DNA from: Octopus sinensis
Taxonomy: Eukaryota
Length of the DNA stretch: 64,000 bases
Assembly (NCBI RefSeq): GCF_006345805.1
Contig: NC_043000.1
Coordinates: forward strand, 3,038,001-3,102,000
Direction: 5' to 3'
Shown: positions 36,539 through 48,972 of the stretch, piece after piece
Numbering within the stretch: position 1 is the stretch's first letter
Layout of the letters: the number at the start of each line of letters is the position of its first letter
Program-made: the position numbers and the translations under genes
Notes under the pieces: generated by a model
Seen by the model: the letters and a program-made list of their open reading frames with translations, nothing else
The model's database searches: none
Told to the model about the DNA's origin: nothing

Positions 36539-37237
36539 AAGTGCCAGATTAAGATCCATAGAGACCCTAAGCACTTAAAATGTTTTGGTGCCCTCAAGTA
36601 TATATCATCATCATCGTCGTTTAACGCCTGCTTTCCATGCTAGCATGGGTTGGACGATTTGACTGAGGACTGGCGAACCAGATGGCTGCACCAGGCCCCA
36701 ATCTTGATCTGGCAGAGTTTCTACAGCTGGATGCCCTTCCTAATGCCAACCACTCTGAGAGTGTTGTGGGTGCTTTTACGTGCCACTGGCATGAGAGCCA
36801 GTCAGGTGGTACTGGCAACGACCACAGAAAAATCGTTTTTTGGGGGGTTTTTTGGTTCAAAATGTAAACAAAAATAATTTAAAATGTAAACAATAATAAA
36901 CCATAAAATAAATTTTTATTTTTCAAAATGAAACAAAACTAACAGTAAAATGGAAAATAATGATTATTTTTGTATACTTCCACTTTATTTATATTTGAAA
37001 AGTTTTCTCCTTCGTTTTTTTTAATTTAGTTGCAAAGTCTTTGATGATATTGTTAAAAGTAATTTTATGTAAAACTACTACTTCTATACTTAATAGAGAT
37101 AAGGCTTTACAAATATTATTTTAGCAAGTTTAAAGTGATTTCTTTTGTGCCATAAACCATTTTCATTCCTGTGGCACCCCTGTCCCTTGATGCCCTAAGC
37201 ATGTGGTTAGTTTGCTTAATGGTTAATCCAGTGCTGT
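36539..37237. mobile_element. AT-rich non-autonomous DNA element with nested F copy (36604-36825, -)
   Basis: Imperfect TIRs of about 14 bp (aagtgccagattaa / ttaatccagtgctg); homologous to 17995-19298. Confidence 0.7.
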
Positions 37238-37261
37238 TTGGGTCTATGCCAAGTATTAAGC

Positions 37262-37940
37262 TCCAGTGCTGGTGCCACATAAAAATCACCCAGTACACTC
37301 TGTAAAGTGGTTGGCATTAGGAAGGGGAACTAGCCATAGAAACCATGCCAAAACAGGCAATTGGAGTCTGGTGCAGCTCTCCACTCGACCAGCTCCTGTC
37401 AAACTATCCAACCCATGCCAGCATGAAAAATGGACAGTTAATGATGATGATCATGATGAAACCTTCACTAGTTTCTTAGAATTCTAGTATTTTTTTTTTT
37501 TTTGCAATGGCATCTCTAGAATGTTCTATAAATTTTCAGTGCCACAACATCCTGTATTGCTCCAATGAAATGTTTCTCTTAGTATAGTTACATACTGTTG
37601 TTGACCTTTAATTTCCAAATCAACCCTAATCAACCTGACTTTTGACAGAAGGGGTTCCTCTGTGACTATCCAGTCTTTTATTTATAAATAATATAAAAAA
37701 AAACACAATTTTCCGTGACTGTTACCAGTACCGCCTGACTGGCCCTCGTGCCAGTGGTATGTAAAAGCACCCACTACACTCTTGGAGTGGTTGATGTTAG
37801 GAAGGGCATCCAGCTGTAGAAACTCTGCCAGATCAGATTGGAGCCTGGTGCAGCCATATGGTTCGCCAGTCCTCAGTCAAATCGTCCAACCCATGCTAGC
37901 ATGGAAAGCAGATGTTAAACGATGATGATGATGATGATGA
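37262..37940 (+). mobile_element. Two element F copies (37262-37460 and 37718-37940)
   Basis: F bodies with gat tails. Confidence 0.85.
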
Positions 37941-38258
37941 GGATCCCAATATATTTTTTGAGATGGTAGGGTTTGGTTTGAGGAAGAATTGGCTTCTTTT
38001 TTTTTAACAGGTTGCACAACATTGTTGGCTCCTTCATAATTATTTTGTGCTCTTTGATGCCAAGTGAGACAAGAATGTCTTAGTTGCCAATAACAACATC
38101 ACTGTCATCACCACCACCAAACCACCACCACCACCACCACCACCACCACCACCACTAACATTACATCATTGGCTATTCCAACCATTCTGCAGTGCTATCA
38201 GCAGATTCCCTATTATCAACATCAGTAGGTTCTTCACCACCACCAACACTACCACTTT

Positions 38259-38341
<83 letters not shown>

Positions 38342-39141
38342 TTACTACTACTACTACCATCACCATCATCATCACTCCATCAACTCCAACCGTCCCCGCC
38401 CCCAAATACTACCACTAACAAACCATCAACACCATCTTCACCACCATTACCATTACAAACACGTGATGTTGCTACATGTTGCACCTGACTCCACCTGTTG
38501 GTTAATGCTGAAGCCACTACATGTCATAACTGATTCCACCGTTTGTTTAATGCTGATGTTGCTATTACAGCATGACCCGCCCCAAAACTTTTGTTTTATA
38601 GCGATGTCAATAGAATAAAGTTGATGAGACTATTGATCTCGTTAACAGTGATAACGGAAGGAATAAATTAGAATCACTATGGGTTGTTACTAGTCATTAT
38701 TATCAGTTTTGAGTGAGTGTGTCTGTTGATAATGGGACCAAGGTTGGACATGAATAATCCAACAGAAGCAAACCTGCTTCGCTCTAGTTTATCACATTTA
38801 AAGTCCCAAGTCTTTCAAACTGAATCAACTCTTGTTAAAACTATAGATCACTAAACAATTGCTTCTATTGATTTAACAATGGTTATAAACAAACCAATTT
38901 CTAGCTAACACCAGCGAGGTTATGGATGGCTTAACATCAAGCAAATTACAGCATAGAGAAAGAGAGAGAGAGAGAGAGAGACAGAGAGAGACAGAGAGAG
39001 AGACAGAGAGAGAGTGAGAGACTTGATCAGTCTTACTTGATACCCTTTCTTTATTAAACAAACAATGTGAAGAAAAAAAGCTTCCACTAAAAATAAACAG
39101 CAAGGTTTTTATATATATATATATCTAAATATATATATATA

Positions 39142-39602
39142 CGAGCAAAAAGCACCCCCCCCCGGTCCAATGGACGATGCTGAGTTGTCAAACATTTAAA
39201 CCAAATTTCTCAAAACAACTTGTCCGACCGTCCCATAGGCCTCCCCTTTGAGAAACACTGATTCAACCTAAATTTGAGACACCGACAAAAGAAGATATAA
39301 AGATAGACTTTTTTTCTATTCCAAAGGAAAACGATTTTATTCACACAAATATGCAACCGAAGAGTTTAAAGTACCAGTAATGATAAGACTGTTGACTGGT
39401 TTAAACAGTAAGCTTGGCACATTCCCACAACTTTATCGATCGCATTCTCACCTGGAATCGATTTTTGTAATTTTTTCAAGACCTATACACACCTTGATAG
39501 CGTCGGTATCTACATAACAAATTTGAGCGCAATCGGATGGGGCATGCCCGAGATCCTAGAAGACACATACACAGACAGACAGAACAGATTTTATATAATA
39601 GA
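39142..39602 (-). mobile_element. Probable non-autonomous Helitron (Lep1-like architecture)
   Basis: The - strand starts A|TCTATTATATAAAA followed by a (CTGT)n block, and ends with a GTCC-ATT-GGAC hairpin then CTCG|T (one base off CTRR); no TSD or TIR. Confidence 0.55.
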
Positions 39603-39651
39603 TATTCTCGTACACTTGTCTGTATCCATATGTGTATATTTGTGCATATAC

Positions 39652-40032
39652 TGGCGCAATGGCCCAGTGGTTAGGGCAGCGGACTCGCGGTCATAGGATC
39701 GCGGTTTCGATTCCCAGACCGGACGTTGTGAGTGTTTATTGAGCGAAAACACCTAAAGCTCCACGAGGCTCCGGCAGGGGATGGTGGTGATCCCTGCTGT
39801 ACTCTTTCACCACAACTTTCTCTCACTCTTACTTCCTGTTTCTGTTGTACCTGTATTTCAAAGGGCCAGCCTTGTCACTCTCTGTGTCACGCTGAATATC
39901 CCCGAGAACTACGTTAAGGGTGCACGTGTCTGTGGAGTGCTCAGCCACTTACATGTTAATTTCACGAGCAGGCTGTTCCGTTGATTCGGATCATCCGGAA
40001 CCCTCGTTGTCGTAACCGACGGAGTGCTTCCA
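39652..40032 (+). mobile_element. SINE family C
   Basis: Full-length copy; a related diverged element lies inverted at 40035-40340. Confidence 0.9.
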
Positions 40033-40379
40033 CCCACTGGCACTCTGTTGGTTACAACAACGAGGGTTCCATTTGATCCAATCAATGATTTAGCCTGCCG
40101 CCTGTGAAGTTAACGAGCACTCTGCAGGTATACGTACCCTCAACGTAATTCTCTGTGGGATTCAGCATGACACAGAATGTGACAAGGCTGACCTTTTGAA
40201 TTACAGGTCAACTCATTTTTGCCAGCTGACTGGACTGGAGCAGCATGAAATAAAGTGTCTTGCTCAAGGATACAATGCACTGTTGGCATCAAACTCATGA
40301 TCATGAGTCAAGTACCCTAACCACCTGGACACATGCTGAGTATTATTATGACAACCAACTAATTGTCACATATTATATT

Positions 40380-40411
<32 letters not shown>

Positions 40412-40424
<13 letters not shown>

Positions 40425-40700
40425 TTAGAGACAAAAATATTGATTATTTTTAGATCTGAAATCCACCTGATGAATGTCCTTAGAAGAGACACGAAACAAT
40501 TGTAGTGGCGAATTTAATTTTATTTAATTTATATTAAATTTTTTTATGTATTGGATTAAGTCTTTCTTTGTTTGATTTGCAAAATAGTGGTTTTGTCTCT
40601 AATTAATATTATATAATATTTTACTATAAAATTGGATTCAATCCTAAATCTGATTTTTCCCTGTAAATTTGGATTTATTCCCTAATATTTATTATTATAT
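40412..40700 (+). mobile_element. Penelope-like remnant with hammerhead and a 25-bp inverted duplication
   Basis: 40412-40436 is the reverse complement of 40591-40615; flanked by (TA)n. Confidence 0.7.
40463..40508 (+). ncRNA. Minimal type I hammerhead ribozyme
   Basis: Stem I CCAC/GTGG; CTGATGA 40467-40473; stem II (A.C)TGTC/GACA; GAAA 40493-40496; stem III C-AATT-G with a palindromic tetraloop; GUA site after 40504. Confidence 0.8.
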
Positions 40701-40715
40701 ATATATATATATATA

Positions 40716-41190
40716 TACTCTTTTACTCTTTTACTTGTTTCAGTCATTTGACTGTGGCCATGCTGGAGCACTGCCTTTAGACGAGCAAATCGACCCCGGG
40801 ATTTATTCTTTGTAAGCCCAGTACTTATTCTATTGGTCTCTTTTGCCGAACCACTAAGTGACGGGGACGTAAACATAAAAGCATCGGTTGTCAAGCAATG
40901 CTAGGGGGACAACCACAGACACACAAACACACACATACATATATCATCATCATCATCATTTAGCGTCCGTTTTCCATGCTAGCATGGGTTGGACGGTTCT
41001 ACTGGGGTCTGTGAAGCCAGAAGGCTTCATCAGGCCCATACATATATACGACAGGCTTCTTTTCAGTTTCCATCTACCAAATCCACTGCTATAGCAGAAG
41101 ACACTTGCCAAAGATGCTACACAGTGGGACTGAACCCAGAACCATGTGGTTAGTTAGCAAGCTACTTACCACACAGCCACTCCTGTGCCT
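40716..41190 (-). mobile_element. SINE family A with nested F fragment (40943-41037)
   Basis: The F fragment sits in the internal microsatellite of the SINE. Confidence 0.85.
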
Positions 41191-41210
41191 ATATATATAT
41201 ATAGAGAGAG

Positions 41211-41280
<70 letters not shown>

Positions 41281-42198
41281 AAGTTACTTGGAAAAGGATG
41301 CATGGTGTTCAATCATATAATAATATAAATAATATATAAATATATGCATATATACATACATATATGTACATACTTACATATATATGTATCATCATCGTTT
41401 AATGTTTGTTTTCCATGCTGGCATATGCTAGACAGTTTGACTGAGGACTGGCAAGCCAGTAGGCTGACCAGGCTCCAATCTGATCTGGCAAGGTCTCTAC
41501 AGCTGAACAGACTTCCTAATGCCAACCACTCCAAAAGTGTAGTGATTTTGGGTAGGTAGGTAGGTAATATTTAGTTGTGTACAAATGATGTACAACTGCT
41601 TCAGTTATGCTTCCCATAGATTATCCAGTATACTTCCTGTATTGTGGCTAAGAAACTCCTATACAAAGTGGTATTATTAAGTTATGAAATACAAAGCAAA
41701 TATAGGAGAAAATGAGATAAACATATATTTATATTATTAGTTCCTACATAGATTTCACAATTATGATTGTTTGGAACTCAGCATTGTACATTCCAAGTGC
41801 ATTTGGAATCTTAAGTAGACTAGATCACCAAGGAATATTTTATTGCATTAAGTTTCAGAGAACTAGTAACACTAGTTCAGAAATACTAATGCTTTGTACT
41901 TAATGTAATAAAGTGTTTCCTGATGATCTGTTCTGGATAAACATCTTAATACACTTGGGAGACCAAATGTAGGGTTCCAAACAAGCATAATGGTAAAATG
42001 TATGTTGGAACTAGTAATATCAACTTGTGTTTATCTTAATTTCTCACATTGTGATAAACTGCATCTACCAACGTTATCATGGATCTCTGAGCCCCCAGAA
42101 ACAGGTGTTGGACTTATAACACCTTTCTTTCACCCCTTTAATTTTCTCTACCATTTCTACTCTGTGTAAGTTGGCTCTATTGATATAGATATCAATAT

Positions 42199-42619
42199 CA
42201 CTTTCACTTTGACCGATAAGTCCGTCAGGCGTCCATTTGACACCGCTGGTCACAGCACGCTGTCCACTCCTCTCTGGATCGCACCTTTCTCATCCACGTG
42301 ATCCCAATCGTCCTCTTGAAATCGTCACTTCACCGTCGTGGAGGTCTTCCGGGTGGTCTTTTCCGCTCACGCGGGTACCACTCGACAACTGCGTGCGTCC
42401 ACCGATTATCGGTGAGCCAGACGATGTGTCCGGCCCATCTATACTTGCTGCGAGTATACTCTGCGATGACATCTCTCACGCCGGACTTCTTTCTGATGAT
42501 GTTGCTATTTATGGGCTACCACAAAGAGAGAAGAGCAAAGACTGATAACGGCTCAAAGAGCCATGGAAAGGTCAATGCTTGGTGTCTCGTTGAGAGAGCA
42601 CATAAATAGCAACATCATC
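42199..42619 (-). mobile_element. RTE-1-like LINE 3' fragment with 5' inversion and 12-bp TSD
   Basis: The - strand 42511-42230 reads NSNIIRKKSGVRDVI..YRWAGHIV.LTDNRWT..VVEWYPRERKRPPGRPPRR*SDD. The + strand 42515-42620 reads TTKREEQRLITAQRAMERSMLGVSLREHINSNIIR. TSD agatatcaatat at 42187-42198 and 42620-42631. Confidence 0.9.
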
Positions 42620-42794
42620 AGATATCAATATATTTATGCTTAAATATTCATCATCCAAAAGTTTCCACCCTTTTGCTTTCTCTTGTTTTGCATGTATACA
42701 TTTATACATATTTTGTATTTCATACTCAATTTATTATATTCTATATATCGTACTTGTTTATCTGCATAATTTTCCGATATATATATATATCACC

Positions 42795-43101
42795 ATGATC
42801 ACTGTGACCGACCAGGCTATCAGATGTTGCTACACATCGCTGGTCACAATGCACTGCGCATTGTTTTAGCCTTCAAATGACACCACCCCACTGGCTAAGC
42901 AAGCAGACCAATGGAAAAAAGAGTGAGAGAAAGTTGTGGTGAAAGAGTACAGCAGGGATCGCCACCAGCCCCTGCCGGAGCCTCGTGGACCTTTAGGTGT
43001 TTTCGCTCAATAAACACTCACAACGCCCTGTCTGGGAATTGAAACCGCAATCCTACAACTGTGAGTCAACTGCCCTAACCACTAGGCCATTGCGCCTCCA
43101 C
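42795..43101 (-). mobile_element. SINE with family C head and a different tail
   Basis: C-type to ..tttctctcactc, then an unrelated 3' part ending cagtgatcatggtgata. Confidence 0.8.
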
Positions 43102-43129
43102 ACACACAAATATATATATATGAGAAAAG

Positions 43130-43500
43130 AAGTAAACCGAGAAATTGATGTATAGACATCAGTTTATTCAAAGATATTCAAATCAATATAATATGAAATT
43201 GTTATCCCTACAGCCGTTTCCATATCCAAGTAGTTCAATTAGAGAAATTAAATTAGATTAAATTAATCTAAAATTTTTCATCTTGAAACTGGTTAATTGG
43301 TTATTTCATCTGGGGATAATTTCCAGAAAGGAGTTACATTCCAACGTGTTGGTTGGCCCTTGACCAATGTATGTATTTAAATGTATGTATCTATGTATTT
43401 AAAAAAAAACTCCGTTGTGTATGATATAGTTGTGCGCATGAATATCTTTGAATAAACTGTTGTCCATACACCAATTTTTCCATTTTCTTCTTTATCTCGT
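43130..43500 (-). mobile_element. Penelope-like remnant with hammerhead and an inverted duplication of about 39 bp
   Basis: About 43145-43182 is inverted at about 43438-43476. Confidence 0.6.
43202..43319 (-). ncRNA. Type I hammerhead, probably inactivated, with long stem II
   Basis: Stem I TTATCCC/GGGATAA; core CAGATGA (U4 changed to A) 43312-43306; stem II of about 85 nt closed by ataaccaa/ttggatat; GAAA; C-GGCT-G; GUA site. Confidence 0.6.
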
Positions 43501-44495
43501 TCATAAATATTTTAAATATCAATATACACAAATACAAAACTAAAGTATCTAATTTTCACTGAACACTAGTATAAACCGGAGAATTAGGATGCAAACATCT
43601 CTTAAAGGGTTATAGATCCTTGGCACGATTATATATATATATATATATCATCATCATCATTATCATTATCATCATCTAACATCTATCATCCATACAGGCA
43701 TACTTGGACAGTTTGATTGGAGATAGCAAACCAGTGGACTGCACCGGACTCCAATGTCTGTTTTGGCATGGTTTTTATGGCTGGATGCTCTTCCTAATGC
43801 CAACTGTATTATAGAGTGGACTAAGTGCTTTTCACATGGCACCAGCACTGGTGAGGTCTGTTTTGACATGGTTTTTACGGCTGAATGTCCTTTCTAATGT
43901 TAACCACTTTACAGAGAGGGCAGGGTGCTATTTATGTGACCCCAGAAACAGCAAGGCCTGTTTTGGCATGCTTTTTACAGCTTCCCTTCCAAACGCTGAT
44001 CACCTTACAGTGACTGGAGTCATTGACTGGTAACTTTCTGACCAACCATAACCAACGACTACACAAAATATTACAACTCAAACAAAAAAAACCCACCCCA
44101 AATTTTAGGCCTTGTTCTTATAGTAAGAAAATGTTTTAAGAACACTGGCACTTGGTCATTTACAACAATGGCTCCAGTTGATCAGGTTTATTGAACAGCC
44201 TGCTCATGAAATTAATGTGCAAGTGGCTGAGCACTCCACAAATATACGTACCCTTAACATAGTTTTCCGGGAGACTTACTCTGACACAGAATGTGACAAG
44301 GTTGGCCCTTTGAAATAAAGGTACTACTCATTTTTGTTAACTGAGTGAACTGGAGCAATGTGAAATAAACTGTTCTTCCTCAAGGATACAATGCACTGTG
44401 TGGAACTGAACTCACAGCCTTACAATCATGAACCGAATACCCCTAACCACTAAGCCATGTGCCTTTACAGGAAGAATATTATTCTCTGTAACATA

Positions 44496-45636
44496 CTGTA
44501 AATCCTCGAGTTTAATCTGCACTTTTTTCCCCAAAATTTAAATGTCAAAATTCCTAGTGCATACTATATACGAAGTTAAAAATTATTTTCTAAGCAATGT
44601 CCGAGTCTCTATTTGCTGTCTGGCAATGTTTATTCAGGCGCATTTTGTGATGTCGGGCTCGAAAATATCTTAAGCTAAGCCTGAAAGCAATGAAGTCATA
44701 AAAGGATCATCCATAACTTGCAGGAAGCAACATTTATTAAACGTTATTACTGTTATTTCTTTATTTTCTGCAAACAAAATGCACAAAAAAAGCTACACGT
44801 TTGCATTATGTTATATATACAATAATAATAATAAAGGGTGTTACCGTATACATTTTCACAAACCAAAGACATTATATAGACCTCCTTGACTCAAGTTAGA
44901 GAAGGGGTGCGTATTATACACAAGGTTTAGGTTTTTCAGAGGTACATGTAGCACATAAAAACACCATCCGAGCGTGGCCGTTCGCCAGCCTCGTCTGGCA
45001 CCTGTGTCGGTGGCACATAAAAACACCATCCGAGCGTGGTCGTCTGCTAGCCTTGTCTGGCACCTGTGTCGGTGGCACATAAAAACACCATCCGAGCGTG
45101 GCCGTTTGCCAGCCTCGTCTGGCACCTGTGTCGGTGGCACATAAAAAAAAAACACCATCCGAGCGTGGTCGTCTGCTAGCCTTGTCTGGCACCTGTGTCG
45201 GTGGCACATAAAAGCACCATCCGAGCGTGGCCGTTCGCCAGCCTCGTCTGGCACCTGTGTCGGTGGCACATAAAAACACCATCCGAGCGTGGTCGTCTGC
45301 CAGCCTTGTCTGGCACCTGTGTCGGTGGCACATAAAAACACCATCCGAGCGTGGCCGTTCGCCAGCCTCGTCTGGCACCTGTGTCGGTGGCACATAAAAT
45401 CACCCACTACACTCTCGGAGTGGTTGGCGTTAGGAAGGGCATCCAGCTGTAGAAACACTGCCAGATCTGACTGGCCTGGTGCAGCCTTCGGGCTCCCCAG
45501 ACACCAGTTGAACCGTCCAACCCATGCTAGCATGGAAAGCGGACGTTAAATGATGATGATGATGATGATGATGACAGCCCCCTAAAAATCCCCTGCGTAT
45601 TATACTCAAGGGCGGACTATACTCGAGGATTTACAG
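44496..45636. mobile_element. pogo/Tc2-like MITE with nested element F
   Basis: TIRs ctgtaaatcctcgagt / actcgaggatttacag; TA at 44494-44495 and 45637-45638. Confidence 0.85.
44945..45575 (+). mobile_element. Element F with seven tandem 62-bp units
   Basis: Unit anchors at 44961, 45023, 45085, 45152, 45214, 45276 and 45338, then the F body and (GAT)n. Confidence 0.95.
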
Positions 45637-46427
45637 TAGATGCTTCTGAATTCCTTTATAAATGCAAGAATTCAGCAAATCTTGGTAATTGATGGTGTAA
45701 CAATATTTTCTATTCAGTCTGTCATTTTGTCATGACTAACCTTTGATTGGTCGTCTTCTGTTACATCAACACAATCAGTTGCCATGTCACCTTTTGCATG
45801 GATTGAATTATTTTCTCTTCCGCCGCCAGTGATTATGTTGGCTGTTCAACTGAAACAAGTGCCAACATAATCGATTCTTGTCTTGTTACCTTAGCTGTGT
45901 TTTTGAGTAAGAGATAATTACACCGATTTTCATATCCAGATTGTGCTCTGTATACACAAAAATTAAGTTGTTGGATTCCATTTGTAATCACCTTGATTTA
46001 GTATTCAGTGAATTAGCATCATTAGCAACCACAATATATTCATAAAGAACTGAAAACAAGCGTGGACGAAGAAAATTTTATGTTAGCAAGAATTACAATA
46101 ATGAAGCTTTCATTAAGCAACATCAATGACAACAACAACAGCAGCACTGGTTTGTGTTTATCAACTGTCATAATTGTGGTCAGACATAAGCAAAGGAAGT
46201 GGCTAGCATTGAAATTAGTGTCATAAATGTAGAAAGCTAATTTGCTTTGACCAATGTTGCCAGTCATTGCCTACATGCAACATCCATAAAGCGTCATATG
46301 AAGAGAGCAATGACTCCGTACTCAATGTCAAATCCGTTCAACATACATTTGATACATCATCAGGACTGGATTAACCATTAAGGAAGATAAGAATGTGCTC
46401 AGGGCATCAAGGGAAATGGGTACCACA

Positions 46428-46755
46428 TCATCATCATCATCATTTAACGACCATTTTCCATGCTAGCATGGGTTGGATGGTTTGACCGGGGTTTGTAAGC
46501 CAAAGGCTGCACCAGACTCCAGTCTGATCTGGCAGTGTTTCTACAGCTGGATACCCTTCTTAACGCCAACCATTCCATGAGTGTAGTGGGAGCTTTTTAT
46601 GTGCCACTGGCACAGGTGCCATGCAAGGCTGGCAACGGCCACGATCGGTTGGTGCTTTTTACTTGCCACCGGCACGGAAGCCAGTCAAGGCAGCGCTGGC
46701 ATTGGCCACGTTTGGATGGTGTTTTTTATGTGCCACCGGCACAGGGATCACAACT
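46428..46755 (-). mobile_element. Element F
   Basis: catcatcat tail followed by the reverse F body. Confidence 0.85.
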
Positions 46756-46899
46756 ACAATTTCCATTGATTTTTGATGTTGATGTACTTGACTCAATAGT
46801 TCTCCTCAAGCACAGGGTCGAAACTGTGTTTCAGCATAAAAAAAAATCACTTCAAACTTGCTAAAATAATATTCAAAATGATAAGATATATAATTCCAG

Positions 46900-47080
46900 A
46901 GTGACATTCAAAACTACTTGGAAAACTCGGGAAGATCAACATAGCAGTATTCAGATACAACTGGTAGTCTCTTCTGTGGGTTGTCAAAGTGTTCAGTCAG
47001 CTTGTTTGAGATTCATTCATTGTCTGTCATCATGAACCGAATTCTGCCATCTTCAGCAGTCAATGATGTATGGGTACCTC
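46900..47080. repeat. Unclassified dispersed repeat, inverted copy at 50505-50670
   Basis: gggaagatcaacatagcagtattcagatacaactggtagtctcttc.. is the reverse complement of 50595-50642. Confidence 0.8.
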
Positions 47081-47096
47081 TGTGTATGAATATATG

Positions 47097-47567
47097 TCAT
47101 CATCATCATCATCATCGTTTAACGTCCGCTTTCCATGCTAGCATGGGTTAGACGGTTCAACTGGGGTCTGGGAAGCCCGAAGGCTGCACCGGGCCAGTCA
47201 GATCTGGCAGTGTTTCTACAGCTGGATGCCCTTCCTAATGCCAACCACTCCAAGAGTACAGTGGGTGATTTTATGTGCCACAGACACAGGTGCCAGATGA
47301 GGCTGGCGAACGGCCATGCTCGGATGGTGTTTTTTATGTGCCACCGACACAAGTGCCAGACAAGGCTGGCGAACGGCCACACTCGGATGGTGTTTTTTAT
47401 GTGCCACCGACACAAGTGCCAGACGAGGCTGGTGAACGGCCACGCTCGGATGGTGTTTATTATGTGCCACCGACACAGGTGATAGACGAGGCTGGTGAAC
47501 GGCCACGCTCGGATGGTGTTTTTTATGTACCACCAACACAGGTGCTAGACGAGGCTGGTGAACGGCA
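47097..47567 (-). mobile_element. Element F with about 4.5 tandem units of 62-63 bp
   Basis: Same unit subfamily as 44945-45575, in the opposite orientation. Confidence 0.9.
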
Positions 47568-47857
47568 TATATGTATCTGTAAGTATATATACATGTGTGT
47601 CTATGTATACATGGTGTCATAGTGAGGATTTGAAGTCTTTGAAATTCAAAAACAGAGGAGAAAACTTTGCAAATCTAAATAAAGTGGAAGTATACAAAAA
47701 TAAAAATTATATTCCATCTCACTGTTAGTTTTGTTTCATTTTGAAAAATAAAAGTTTATTTTATGGTTTATGATTGTGTATGTTTTGAATTATATGTATA
47801 TGGGGGCACCGAAATCTTTGCAGTGCTTATGGCCTCTGTGAGTTTTAATTCAGTTCT

Positions 47858-48345
47858 GCACATCATCAGTGTTGTATCCTGGGATCACTGAGAGTTTTGG
47901 ATCTTACAACATACACCTTCATCCAAGCCACTTGACCAAGGTTGATCATGTTTAAGCCTTTGTCCAAACAGCATTCTACTAACTCCAACAATCACTTTTC
48001 AACCACAGCCATCAGTATACTTTCTCAGCAGATTCTAGTGTTCTTGATGGCTCTTGTTCTACTCATTCCTGTAATGCATAGTGTCCCATAGGCCTTACTG
48101 AAAATATGCCTTGCAAACTCACAACAGCCAACCTTCACAAGCAAACATCATGCTCTCCATCTATTATTACAACAGTCATTCACCAACCTCTATTTCTTGA
48201 CTCTCTTCCTCTCTTGTGCTTTTCCCATCCTCTTTTCCCATGGCATAGTTAATTCCAATAGGATTAGCTGTCTAGTTGTCCCAGAAACCAAGATGATATC
48301 TGGTGTCAGTGAAGAAGTATCCAGCATTCAGATTAATGTGTCACA
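47858..48345 (-). mobile_element. Second HERO-like RLE retrotransposon 3' fragment (older, not in the ORF track)
   Basis: The - strand reads PDIILVSGTTRQLILLELTMPWEKRMGKAQERKRVKK*..CLLVKVGCCEFA..AIKN../ESAEKVY*WLWLK; the 3' UTR ends ..ccaggatacaacactgatgatgtgc. Confidence 0.8.
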
Positions 48346-48544
48346 AGTGCACAGCACAAGAGCTAGGTCCCTTTGGAAAATGCTGTCAATCATTGGTTAT
48401 GTACAATATCAATCAAACTTCATTTAAAGGTAGCAATCTATGTTCAGTATCCAAAATATATATCTTGTTGATGTTAATATCAACTACTGTAAATCAAATG
48501 ACATTCCAATGCAATTGAAAATAGAATATGGGACATCTGGTCAA

Positions 48545-48972
48545 GCAGGTCAGTATTCTTATTTCTTTACTACCCACAAAGGGCTACACACAGAGGGGAC
48601 AAACAAGGAGAAACAAAGGGATTAAGTCGATTATATCAACCCCAGTGCATAACTGGTACTTAATTTATCGACCCCAAAATGATGAAAGGCAAAGTCGACC
48701 TCGGCAGAATTTGAACTCAGAACGTAGCAGCAGACGAAATACCTATTCTTTACAACCCACAAGGGGCTAAACACAGAGAGGACAAACAAGGACAGACAAA
48801 CGGATTAAGTCGATTATATCGATCCCAGTGTGTAACTGGTACTTATTTAATTGGCCCTGAAAGGATGAAAGGCAAAGTCGACCTTGGTAGAATTTGAACT
48901 CAGAACGTAACGGCAGACGAAATACATCTACGCATTTCGCCCGGCGTGCTAACATTTCTGCCAGCTTGCCGT
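48545..48972 (-). mobile_element. SINE family B partial tandem dimer
   Basis: Same tail-to-body junction as at 20760, 57749 and 63235. Confidence 0.9.

Noticed and set aside
44945-45400. CRISPR-like regular array
   Set aside because: Units are contiguous tandem repeats with no unique spacers, lie within a retroelement UTR in eukaryotic DNA, and no cas genes are present.
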